Shown here: positions 1 to 11,363 of the stretch, in pieces
Position numbering within the stretch: the stretch's first letter is position 1
Layout of the letters: the number at the start of each line of letters is the position of its first letter
Source: Octopus sinensis
Taxonomy: Eukaryota
DNA: 64,000 bases
Assembly (NCBI RefSeq): GCF_006345805.1
Contig: NC_042998.1
Coordinates: forward strand, 11,594,001-11,658,000
Direction: 5' to 3'
Made by a program: the position numbers and the translations under genes
The notes under the pieces: model-generated
Seen by the model: only the letters and a program-made list of their open reading frames with translations
Databases searched by the model: none
What the model was told of the DNA's origin: nothing

Positions 1-200
1 CTAAAGCAAAAGTATAGGCATGGTGCATTAGAAAGAACATCATTCCTGCTTTCAAGTCATAACTGAGTGTCAGTGATTACTGGAAGGGAGAGTTTATCCT
101 CTACTCATGCCTTCACACAGCATGTGTGCTCACAATCATGTTACGTACATATTCACCTACATTTACACACACACAGACACACACACAAAACACACACACA

Positions 201-232
201 CTCTTCTCTCTCTCTCTATTTCTCTCTCTCTC

Positions 233-281
<49 letters not shown>

Positions 282-387
282 TCCTTTCTCCTCTCTCTCT
301 TTCTCTCTCTCTCTTTTCTCTCTCTCTTTCTCTCTCCTCTCTCTCTTTCTCTCTCTCTCTCTCCTCTCTCTCTTCTCTTCTCCTCTT

Positions 388-457
<70 letters not shown>

Positions 458-544
458 TCTTCTCTCTCTCTCTCCTCTCTCTTTCTCTCTTTCTTTCTTT
501 CTCTCTCTCTTCTCTCTTTCTTTCTTTCTCTCTCTCTTTCTCTC

Positions 545-575
<31 letters not shown>

Positions 576-835
576 CTCCTCTCTCTTTCTCTTTCTCTCT
601 TTCTCTCTTTCTCTCTTTCTCTCTCTCTCTCTCTTTCTCTCTCTTCTCTTTCTCTCTCTCTCTCTCTCTTTCTCTTTCTCTCTTTCTCTCTCTCTCTTCT
701 CTTTCTCTCTTCTCTCTCTCTCTCTTTCTCTCTCTCTCCTCTCTTTCTCTCTCTCTCTCTCTTTCTCTCTTCTCCTTCCTCTCTCTCTCTCGCTCTCTCT
801 CCTTCTCTCTCTCTCTCCTTCTCTCTCTCTCTCCT

Positions 836-880
<45 letters not shown>
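201..880. repeat. Long imperfect (CT)n/(CTTT)n polypyrimidine tract, about 680 bp
   Basis: Almost exclusively C and T on the + strand; preceded by (CA)n. Confidence 0.97.
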
Positions 881-884
<4 letters not shown>

Positions 885-3592
885 ATTCTCTTTAATATCA
901 AATCATGAGAAAACTTTAAATATATCCAAAGTGTATAGTTTTGATTCCTAATGTATGTAGATAACCTATTATTTAGATACACCGGTTTCATTCAGGTTTA
1001 CAACTTAATATGTTTACAAATAAACATGTTGCATTGCTTCAAGTCACAAGTCATCTCTGAGCAAGCAAACCTGTGATCAGAACATTTTAGCCATGACCAT
1101 TTTCACTTATTTTCAGTGTCTTTGGCATCATTATCCATTGTCCTTTTCAAAGATGATTGGGTGTGGTCTGAGGGGAATTTGCCTCCTATTTCTCATAGAT
1201 TGGATGGCTTCATAGACCAGACAGGAGTCCCTGGTTATCATTATTTGAAAAGTGAGCCACAGAAGACATGGCTTATTAGGTGGGCTGTAGTTCTAGAAAA
1301 ATTCAAGAAAGGTTTTGGTTAGACATGCCATTCAGAAAGTCCTGTGGACCACAGCTTGCCCATTATTGTTATAGGCACTCCCTTATTGATTTGTAAATAT
1401 GTGATTGGGTACATGCTAGATTATAATGGATGATAAGTTGATTTGTTATTGTTTTATATCCTGCTCAGCCTTGATGAAGCAAACATATGATCAAAGTTAT
1501 TCCAGCTGTGATTATCCTTTGAGAAAAATTTGGCTATTGTATTTAGCAGTTAGAAGAACAATGTAGACATTCCTCTGTTGATTGGTTGTTACTGAATCAT
1601 TAACTGAACAAATGCCTTGTGGTATTGAGTTTCAGCCTTTTACTCCATTCTGAGTTCAAAGCCCACTAAACTTGGCTTTGCCCTTCATTTTCTTACAAAA
1701 TAAAATACCAATCAAGTACTGGGTTGTTTCATATTCCTAGATTTGAATAGAATTACAACAGAAAAGTTTGAAGTTCACTGTTCTAAATATACAACCTTGA
1801 TGTAAATGGAATTTCAAAAAAAACTGTATGAACTTTTGTATTTGTATTTGGTTTGCAAGATTCTTGTTGTAAACTTGTGTGTTGAAACGTGTTTTGTATC
1901 TTGGGAGGGTCATTATATCAAAATAAACATGTGCCCTGGTTTTGTTTCACTTTATTATTAGTTAGTTGGTTAATCATTGATTAAATAATTGATCAATCAA
2001 TTAGTTAATTGGTTGGTTAAATGTTAACCAGTTGACTAATAATAAATGAAATAGAATAGTACCAGTATGTGTGTATGTTTATTATTGGTAAAATGATCTT
2101 CCTGAGATACAACAGTATATGAAACCCCTGAATTATTATTTTTTTTTTTGGAATGCATACATTTTGCTGTTACAAACAAAACCATTGTTTGATATTGTTT
2201 CATGTTTGTTTATTCTTTTTATTTGTGTTGTGTTAAAATTTGTATTTTTTCCCCTTTACCCCACCTTTAGTGTTGATGAATGTCAACTTTTTGTTCTAAA
2301 CAGTGTGGTGGCAAGAACAATGTTCATTCAAACAAGCAGGTAATCTTACTTAGAGCACTTCTAAAAGTCTTGGAAGTGCCTAGTACAAACTGTTGTTTTG
2401 CAAGTACGAAGCAACGGCTGCATTATGTTCTTTTATAGTGATATCTCACGTATTTAATATAGTGAAGAAAAAAAACTTCAATTAATTGTGATTATCCATG
2501 CAGTTAGTAGACAAAAACTCTCTTTAGGATTGTATAAAATCTGAAAGCACTTAAAGGAGAGAGTTAAAAAAAAAGAAAAATATAGAAATGCAATAAGGGA
2601 GTGAGTCTGGTCTTAAGCCATGTGGTAAAAGCAGTGGACATGCTTTGGTTTTATTAGACACCTTTAGCATAGTACATCCAACTCAGATGGCAAAACTAAA
2701 CGTCATCCATCGTTCAAAACATTTATACACATACACACAGTGTGCATGTGGGTAGAGACAGTGGTTGTCATACACACACACACTCTTTTCATTGAATTTA
2801 TGACACACATACATAGATATAAAAAAAGGATTGTAGTGAGGTTGGTTATGAATATATAGAAAATGCTTCATTTTAAGTGTAACCTGACCAAATCACATTC
2901 ATCACTCTCACTTGTTGGTCAGGTCCATTTCCATAATTTTATTGGAGTTGTCTCCAATGCTTGTTGTTAGATTTTAAACACTCTCTAGAGAGTTTTTGTC
3001 TCTTTAATTGCAGGGACTGTCTCAGTTAATTGAAGAACTTGCTATGTTACATATGTGAGAGCTTACTGTATTTGTATTTAGTATGCAGAATGCTCTTCTG
3101 AGGTGTTTTCCCCTCAGCCATATTCTTCACATTACTCTTTTTAACCTGTTTGTAGTTGATGCATGAATTAACTTGCATTGTTTATTTTAAACACACTCGC
3201 ATACAATTTTTTTAAAAAAGTATTTGGTGAGTGTTTCCTAATCTTGTTACAGCTTAGTTTAGAAGAATTTAATTGTTATTAATTCTTTCTCAGAACCTTA
3301 AAAGATATGAAGGTGAAGTGAAAAAGTAAAAAATAATAATAATAAAAAAATAAAATATGGGGTGCCGAGAGGCAGCTAAAAGTAAATAAGACCAAATTTA
3401 TTATTGAGTTACAATTTATAAGTGTTAATTTTACTTGACTTTGACTCTTCTTCTTATAACTATCCTTCCAGCCCATGTACACGATTTAAATCCAATATTC
3501 ACTCTGGTAGGTTTGGCTGGTAATATTTTTCAAATTGATGGAGTTTGCGTGTTATTACTATCTAGGCACCTTCTCTTGTTAATCCTCTAAAC

Positions 3593-3793
3593 TAGTGCTT
3601 TTCAAACTTTTTGCTGGAGCGGAACCCCAAGGAAACATTCCACTGGCTCGAGGAACCCCTGTGCAATAATTTAATAGTCTTATGCACACATATCTGCACA
3701 GGAGACTTAAAAATTACTGCTGAATTTAGCAGTTTTGTAACGTCTTGTGGAACCCCTGGACTGTACTGGCGGAACCCTGGTTGAAAACCACTG
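3593..3793. mobile_element. Non-autonomous hAT (Charlie/Buster-type) MITE, 201 bp
   Basis: Termini TAGTGCTTTTCAA / TTGAAAACCACTG; perfect 8-bp TSD CTCTAAAC at 3585..3592 and 3794..3801. Confidence 0.88.
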
Positions 3794-4312
3794 CTCTAAA
3801 CCATAAGTTAAAGATTAGGTGTTGGTCAGGTGAAAGGCGGAGGGGTTTGCAGAGTTATGTACCTTTGTTAGTTACATTAGGAGTTGTGATCGTTTCAATG
3901 GCTCTAGGCATACTCAGCAGTTAAGTGTTTCTTAAAATAGCGTAACGTAGCCGTAAGTCGATCCACTTATATAATTTTATTTCTATGCAATGACAATAAA
4001 TTGAGTGAGGAAAGTTTAAAACTTTTTGTTGAATGCTCAGTGTCATAGGAATAACCGACATTTGTGCCGTCACTTAGGATAAAGTTTAAAGTATTGTCAA
4101 TTTATTTATTTATTTTTTTTATTGGTTTCATTTTTTTTTTAATTAATTGCCTTCAGAGTTTTAATCAATTAAATCAAGCTCAGTACTACCATGCTAATTT
4201 ATAGTCATAAAAATGAAATGGAAGAGGTTCAGTCGACTGGGTGCGAAGGGAAGCAACTGTGACATCTGAAATATTTTCGCACTATATAGTCTCGCTCAAC
4301 TTTTGCTTTTAC

Positions 4313-4378
<66 letters not shown>

Positions 4379-5384
4379 GGAATGAACTGCTAATCTAATA
4401 AAATGGATTTTATGTTCAAGTTAACAGCAAGAATAACAATAAATGATAAAATATTAATGATGTACCAGAGAAAATAACTTGTTTGTTTTCTATTTGGTCA
4501 TGTCATTTTGTAGTTAAGATACAAATTCCCATGGGGTCAAATTTTTCTTCTCTCTCTCTCTGTTTTATACAGACTGCATACTTAACTGGTACTTGTTTTA
4601 TCCACTTCAAAGAAGGACTGAATTTTATTTGTATATATAGTGTATTTATGAAACAAGGAGAGGGATAAAGTATGGCTAGCTTTTTCAATCATTTTCTTAT
4701 ATGATAATGTCTGATATGTTATTGCCTCAAAATATAGCTATTTCATAGCTATTAAAAAAAATATAAAGTGGTTACAATGAAGATTTCTTCGTTGTGTCCT
4801 ACTTATCTACATTTTATATTTGGAAAGATGAAGCAGATTTCAGTTGCTGGTATTGCAGTATGGGGCATTGGGTGGCAGAATTGGTACAGTGCCAAAGAAA
4901 ATGCCTGGTGCTGTGTTTAGTTATATATAGTTATGTACTATTATGTTCTAAGTTCAAATCCCTTTGGCTTTAGCTTTCACGTTAATATTGTAAAGTCAGT
5001 GAAATAAGTACCAGTTATGTATTGGAGTCTGTTCAATTGATAGCTGTATGTCAATTTTTATGGTAAGAGTTTAATAGAAATGGTAGAATAATGGACATAA
5101 CTAGAACATTGGACAAATTGCCTTGTGTTGAGCTTTTTATGTTTTGAGATGAAATCCTAAAAAGATCAGCTTTTTCCTTTGCTCATTCTAAGTTCAATTA
5201 AATGAATCAACCTATCAAGTATTGAGGTTGATTTATAACTCCTATTATGCATCTTACATGTGAATGGAATTGTAAAAGACTAAGAAGACATGACAGTAAT
5301 GGTACCTAGCATTTTTATATTTGCACTGCACTTTGAAGCAAAAAAAAATATGTTGGTGCAATTGATGCATGAAATAATAACAGG

Positions 5385-5911
5385 GAAGACGTGTTGAGGC
5401 AAGTGAGGATCAGAATCGAAATCGATCAATGGAAATTGCGGATGTGCTACCAGTGCCGGTGGCATGTCGAAACTCTGCTTGTGAAGACCCATTGAGGCAA
5501 GTGAGGATCAGAATCGAAATCGATCAATGGAAATCGATCAATGGAAATTGCAGTGTTTACCAGTGCCGGTGGCATGTAAGAGAACTTTCCGTTTCGCGAC
5601 CGTTGCCAGCACCGCCCCGTTTCGTGTCTGTTGCCAGCCTCGCCTGGCCCTCGTGCCGGTGGCACATAAAAAGCACCATCGTTCGTGGCCGTTTGCCAGC
5701 TCTGTCTGGCACCAGTGCGGGTGGCACGTAAAAAGCACCCACTACACTCACGGAGTGGTTGGCGTTAGGAAGGGCATCCAGCCATAGAAACACTGCCAGA
5801 TTTGACTGGGCCTGATGAAGCCTTCTGGCTTCACAGACCCCAGTAGAACCGTCCAACCCATGCTAGCATGGAAAACGGACGCTAAATGATGATGATGATG
5901 ATGATGATGAT
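5385..5911 (+). mobile_element. RTE-clade LINE 3' tail / RTE-derived SINE with internal tandem subrepeats and (GAT)n tail
   Basis: AAGGGCATCCAGCC motif, CCATGCTAGCATGG palindrome, (GAT)n end; near-identical copy at 41181..41673; homologous to the 3' UTRs attached to RTE ORF remnants at 14701 and 44925. Confidence 0.8.
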
Positions 5912-6117
5912 TATGAATAATTTAAAACTACAGAAAATGTTTACTTTTTTATTCAATAAATGAAACAATTAGCAACAATTAGCAAGGTTTTTTTAGTTTT
6001 AGAATTTCATTTTGTGTCACACCTAGTTACAACTTGTGGCACCATTTGAGAGTCACTGCTTCAAGTATTTTATTTCATTGGTCTATGTTCTGATTTCAAA
6101 TGACTTCAAAGATTAAA

Positions 6118-8034
6118 TTTACCCTTTATCCTTTCATTGGAGTCAATTTAATATCTACTAGTAATACTTTGGGGTTTATTTATATATACTAAATCTTACA
6201 GCTTACCTTCTATGTATAATAGTTGGTTTGGTGCCAGATTATTATTATTTATAAGCATGCTAGATTTAGTTTATAGCTTTTTTTTTTGTTTTCAGAATGA
6301 TATTTGGATACAGTGAAGATGTAGATTTTTGCATATATTTACCTCATAAACATTTTGATGCATTTTCCTTTTATTACATAACTTTTATTACATTCCATCA
6401 GAATTGCATTTGAGTAAAACAGCAGATTAATTCCTTAATAACTATCTATCACTTGTTTGTAAACTATTTCTGGTCCTAATTCCTAATTATTTATGACAAC
6501 TCTTCTGTCCTTTAATAAACTCATACACTTTGTGGTGTGTTATTTGAAAACAAAGCACTTAATATGATTTTTAAATAGAATTTAACTATTTATGTTCCTT
6601 GTTTCATTTATGTCCTGTTCTTTTCAAATTTTCCCTTTTTACTTTTTGTTTATTCTTTGAAAGAGATTTTTTTTTTCAAATTTTATATTATTTCATTATC
6701 ATTGCAATCATCACCATCACAATATCCACTTTTCTCTGCTTGCATGGGTCAGATGCAATTCATTGAGACACATTTTCTTAGGCCAAGTGTCCTTCTTGGC
6801 ACCAAGCAAGGATTATATTTCCCCGTTGCTGGACATATTTTCATGAAAGATTGGGAACTGATTATACTGTTTGTATGATAACATTCTGTAACAACTGTTG
6901 CTGATGTGAAGATATGTGCATGCCCCACCCCACCCACAAAAAAAAGAGCTTCTTAAAAGTTCTGTCTACCAAATCCACTTACAAGCCTTTGATTTGTCCA
7001 GGGCTATAAAAGACACTTTCCCTGGTGTCANNNNNNNNNNNNNNNNNNNNNNNNNNNNNNNNNNNNNNNNNNNNNNNNNNNNNNNNNNNNNNNNNNNNNN
7101 NNNNNNNNNNNNNNNNNNNNNNNNNNNNNNTTTACCCTTTATCTTTCATTGGAGTCAATTTAATATCTACTAGTAATACTTTGGGGTTTATTTATATATA
7201 TAAATCTTACAGCTTACCTTCTATGTATAATAGTTGGTTTGGTGCACATTAGTATTATTTATAAGCATGCTAGATTTAGTTTATAGCTTTGTTTTTTGTT
7301 TTCAGAATGATTTGGATACAGTGAAGATGTAGATTTTTGCATATATTTACCATAATAACATTTTGATGCATTTTCCTTTTATGACATAACTTTATTACAT
7401 CCATTCAGAATTGCATTGAGTAAAACAGCAGATTAATTCCTTAATAACTATCTATCACTTGTTTTGTAAACTATTCTGGTCCTAATTCCTAATTATTTAT
7501 GACAACTCTTCTGTCCTTTAATAAACTCATACACTTTGTGGGTGTTATTGAAACAAAGCACTTAATATGATTTTTAAATAGAATTTAACTATTTATGTTC
7601 CTTGTTTCATTTATGTCCTGTTCTTTTCAAATTTTCCCTTTTTACTTTTTTGTTTATTTCTTTGAAAGAGATTTTTTTTTTTCAAATTTTATATTTATTT
7701 CATTATCATTGCAATCATCACCATCACAATATCCACTTTTCTCTGCTTGCATGGGTCAGATGCAATTCATTGAGACACATTTTCTTAGGCCAAGTGTCCT
7801 TCTGGCACCAAGCAAGGATTATATTTCCCCGTTGCTGGACATATTTTCATGAAAGATGGGAACCTGATTAACTGTTTGTATGATAACATTCTGTACAACT
7901 GTTGCTGATGTGAAGATATGTGCATGCCCCACCCCACCCACAAAAAAAAGAGCTTCTTAAAAGTTCTGTCTACCAAATCCACTTACAAGCCTTTGATTTG
8001 TCCAGGGCTATAAAAGACACTTTCCCTGGTGTCA
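6118..8034. repeat. About 910-bp direct duplication flanking the gap (6118..7030 and 7131..8034), probable contig-overlap artefact
   Basis: Copy 1 ends at the gap and copy 2 starts right after it; differences are mostly 1-bp homopolymer indels. Confidence 0.85.
7031..7130. other. Assembly gap (100 N)
   Basis: Run of exactly 100 N. Confidence 1.
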
Positions 8035-8114
8035 CACAATGGTACTGAGTATAAAGCCATGTAGTTGAGAAGAAAACTTTTTAACTACACAGCCATACCT
8101 GCACCTACATTATA

Positions 8115-8151
<37 letters not shown>

Positions 8152-8531
8152 ACTAATCTTTTTGCTTAGCCAAGGTCAACCTAGACAGAACAGATTGAAT
8201 ACCACAAAGGTTAGCCAGTCAGACTATTAATGACCCACAGGCATTATCCATGTCTTATATAAATGTCCAGCTTGTATCTGTTGGTTGAATTTCACTGTTT
8301 GATTAATATCATGGCAGTGGACCTCCTGCCTTTACTACAGGTATGCTTTCCTAAAATTGTTTTTCATTTGAAAATATATGTAGAGAATATTCTGAAAGAG
8401 CAGTAAATTTGGTTGGTATATTAAGCAGATCAATTCTGTACAAGACGCTTCTATGGTTTGTAAAACAGGTGGTGTGGCATTTGGTCTTTCGTTTTATTGC
8501 TTGGCATTTAACTAACAGTAGCAACCTGTTA

Positions 8532-8695
8532 GGCGCAGGAGTGGCTGTGTGGTAAGTAGCTTTGTTTACCAACCACATCATTCCGGGTTCAGTCCCACTG
8601 CGTGGCACCTTGGGCAAGTGTCTTCTACTATAGCCTCGGGCCGACCAAAGCCTTGTGAGTGGATTTGGTAGACGGAAACTGAAAGAAGCCCGTCG

Positions 8696-8735
<40 letters not shown>

Positions 8736-8957
8736 GTGTGCGTGTATGTTTGTGTCTGTGTTTGTCACCCCAACATCACTTGACAACCGATGCTGGTGTG
8801 TTTATGTCCCCGTCACTTAGCGGTTCGGCAAAAGAGACCGATAGAATAAGTACTGGGCTTACAAAGAATAAGTCCCAGGGTCAAGTTGCTCAACTAAAGG
8901 CGGTGCTCCTGCATGGCCGCAGTCAAATGACTGAAACAAGTAAAAGAGTAAAAGAGT
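8532..8957 (+). mobile_element. tRNA-derived SINE family A, full length, with central (TA)n(TG)n
   Basis: A-box-like TGGCTGTGTGG, B-box-like GGTTCAGTCCC, (TAAAAGAG)n tail, TSD AACCTGTTA at 8523..8531 and 8958..8966; at least 8 similar copies in the window. Confidence 0.9.
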
Positions 8958-11065
8958 AACCTGTTAGTTGTCAACTAGACTGAGGCAGATATGTGCCTAG
9001 CTTAATTGTAAAACAGAATGGCTGCAACAAAGTTCCAATTTATAAGCGAATGAGCAGTAATTCGGCTCTTGAAACTTAGGATTATGCCTTATGTGTATGT
9101 TATGGAAACAGAATATTGATCATGCAACTCAGGTTTCATACCTCTGCAAGTTTTAGTTGAGAATTCTGTTTTGGTGGTATATTTATATTTGTTAATGTGG
9201 GTGTGGTCTTATGCCGATGTTTTTATTGGCTTGCATTTGATGACTGACTTATTTTTTCTGCCTCTTCATCAGCTCAGACCACCTACTGTTGATAATCAAA
9301 ACCTTAGTCAGTGGCATAAGCTGGAGAATATAAACAATTCCGTTTGACAAAGGAATATCTGACTAAACAGCACTGTTCTACAATGTAGTCCTATAAGCAA
9401 ACGGATTCAAAGAGAAACTGCAACTCCTACCTTAGATACCATAAATTAATAACAACAAAAGAAACCTAGAAAAAAAAAACCCAGTCTCAGTTCACCCTTC
9501 AGCTTAAATGTGGCAAAAATAGCCTATAGGATAAGGTATTGGTGTACCATTTTTAGAATGCATGAATCAGTGAACTAAGATAGATGCGTAATGCCTTACT
9601 TTACAAGGTGCAACTTCCTCCACCCCACCTTTATCCAGGACCTTTTTGAATTTTTTTACTTTTTTAGTGTCTGAAAAATTTTTTATTTCCTCATGATGAA
9701 GACTTTGTTTTGTAATTTTAAAATTTGAATTAACTTTATCATATCTAATTCACAAAGATGTTTTTATCCTAATAATTAAAACTGAAAACTGAAGCTTCTT
9801 TTCTCTTTTTGTGAGTTTATACAAGAGATTTGTATTTTTGTAACTGTTAGTTTATTTGTCTCTGATTAACAATAATATCTGTTAAGATTTTATTAACCAG
9901 TGTGTCCTATTTTGACTACATATATTTGTTCCATCTTGCAAATAGGAAGCATTTCAGTATTAGATACTTATTGTTTGTTTAGCACCAAATTGCCCCAGAT
10001 CAATCAACTTGATCAACCCTATGATCAGGCATTCAAACCATACCATTTTTTTTTCTTCTCTATTTTTCATGAATAATTTCTTGGACTACATTATTGAATA
10101 TGTCCTTTTTTTTATGATGGTAGAGTGTGGTTTGAGGAGAATTTGACTTAGATATCCAACTGACATCTTAGGGGTACCCTTTTTGGCTTGAAAAGTTATT
10201 TGATAAGAAAAATATCGACCAAGAAACAAGAATATCTCTTTATGGTTAGAGATGAATGTGGTGAGATTTGGTTGTGTGTATGCATATTTTGGCCCCCAAA
10301 TTTAAATTGTTAAAGTTTAAGATGCATAACAAAGGCATAAAGAGGTGTGGCTACACATACATATTCTCTCCCTCTCTCCTTCACTTTCTCTTAGCTTTTC
10401 TTTGTTTTGCTATTTCTGAATAAAACTGACATGATTGTAGAAAGTGTAATTGGTAGCTGGTAGAAAATGGAACTAGGAAAACAAAAATATAATTGTAAAG
10501 CAACAACTAAAAATTTAAATCGAGAAAGTTCATTAGTTTTGACTTGTTCTTTTTATGTATTGAATTTTGTGTTTGCTTTTTGAATTTGAATTTCTGAATC
10601 ACAACTTGAATTCTGATTCGAGTTCTTTTGTTTTCTAAATGACAGACATTGAATCAGATTTGCTATCTTTGATACTGTTGCCATGAATGTATTAAAAGTT
10701 GACTTCAGTGAAAAATGTCAACTGCAACCAGCAAGGCTTTGTAAACAAGTGAACTGATAGAGTTGGCCTTGCAGCAGCATCATCCTCCCTCTGCAGGAGA
10801 CATAGCTATTGAAAATGATGCACTGCTGTTTTTGTCTGAGTTGTTTCATTTATTGATTGGTTAAGTGTCTGTTCTGATATCTTGAATTAGTGAAGCTATG
10901 AAGTTCAATTAAAGAAATTTTTCTTTCAAACATATTAAGTATGCTAGTCAAGTTGTGTGTTGTGTTACTTCAAAAAATGTAGTTATTTACACAAACGAAA
11001 AACAAAAAGCTGCAGAAATATGCTCTTCCACTTAAAAACATAGCAGACCCATTTGTTTCAGTTTA

Positions 11066-11363
11066 GTAAAAAGCACCACCCGACCGTGGCCGTTGCCAGC
11101 ACCGCCCCGACTGGCCTCCGTGCCGGTGGCACATAAAAAGCACCATCCGATCGTGGCCGTTGCCAGCCTCGCCTGGCCCCCGTGCCGGTGGCACGTAAAA
11201 AGCACCATCCGTCCGTGGCCGTTTGCCAGGAAGGGCATCCAGCCGTAGAAACACTGCCAGATCAGACTGGGCCTGATGCAGCCTTCTGGCTTCCCAGACC
11301 CCAGTTGAACCGTCCAACCCATGCTAGCATGGAAAGCGGATGCTAAACGATGACGATGATGAT
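11066..11363 (+). mobile_element. RTE-type 3' tail fragment
   Basis: GTAAAAAGCACCA subrepeats, AAGGGCATCCAGCC, GATGAC/GAT tail. Confidence 0.8.

Noticed and set aside
67-991. Long ORFs of 260-292 aa in several frames
   Set aside because: Translations of the CT/GA microsatellite (Ser/Leu or Glu/Arg runs); no coding signal.
3881-3920. Hammerhead-like minus-strand string CUGAGUA...GAAAC GAUC ACA
   Set aside because: G8 is missing, there is no NUH triplet and stem II is poor.
5812-5835. CTGATGA followed by hairpin AGCC-TTCT-GGCT (also at 41580)
   Set aside because: No GAAA follows; other copies of this RTE tail read CTGGTGCA or CTGATGCA, so it is a chance variant.
8532-8600. tRNA-like sequences at SINE heads (also 43007)
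   Set aside because: No complete cloverleaf; they continue into repeated SINE bodies, so not tRNA genes.
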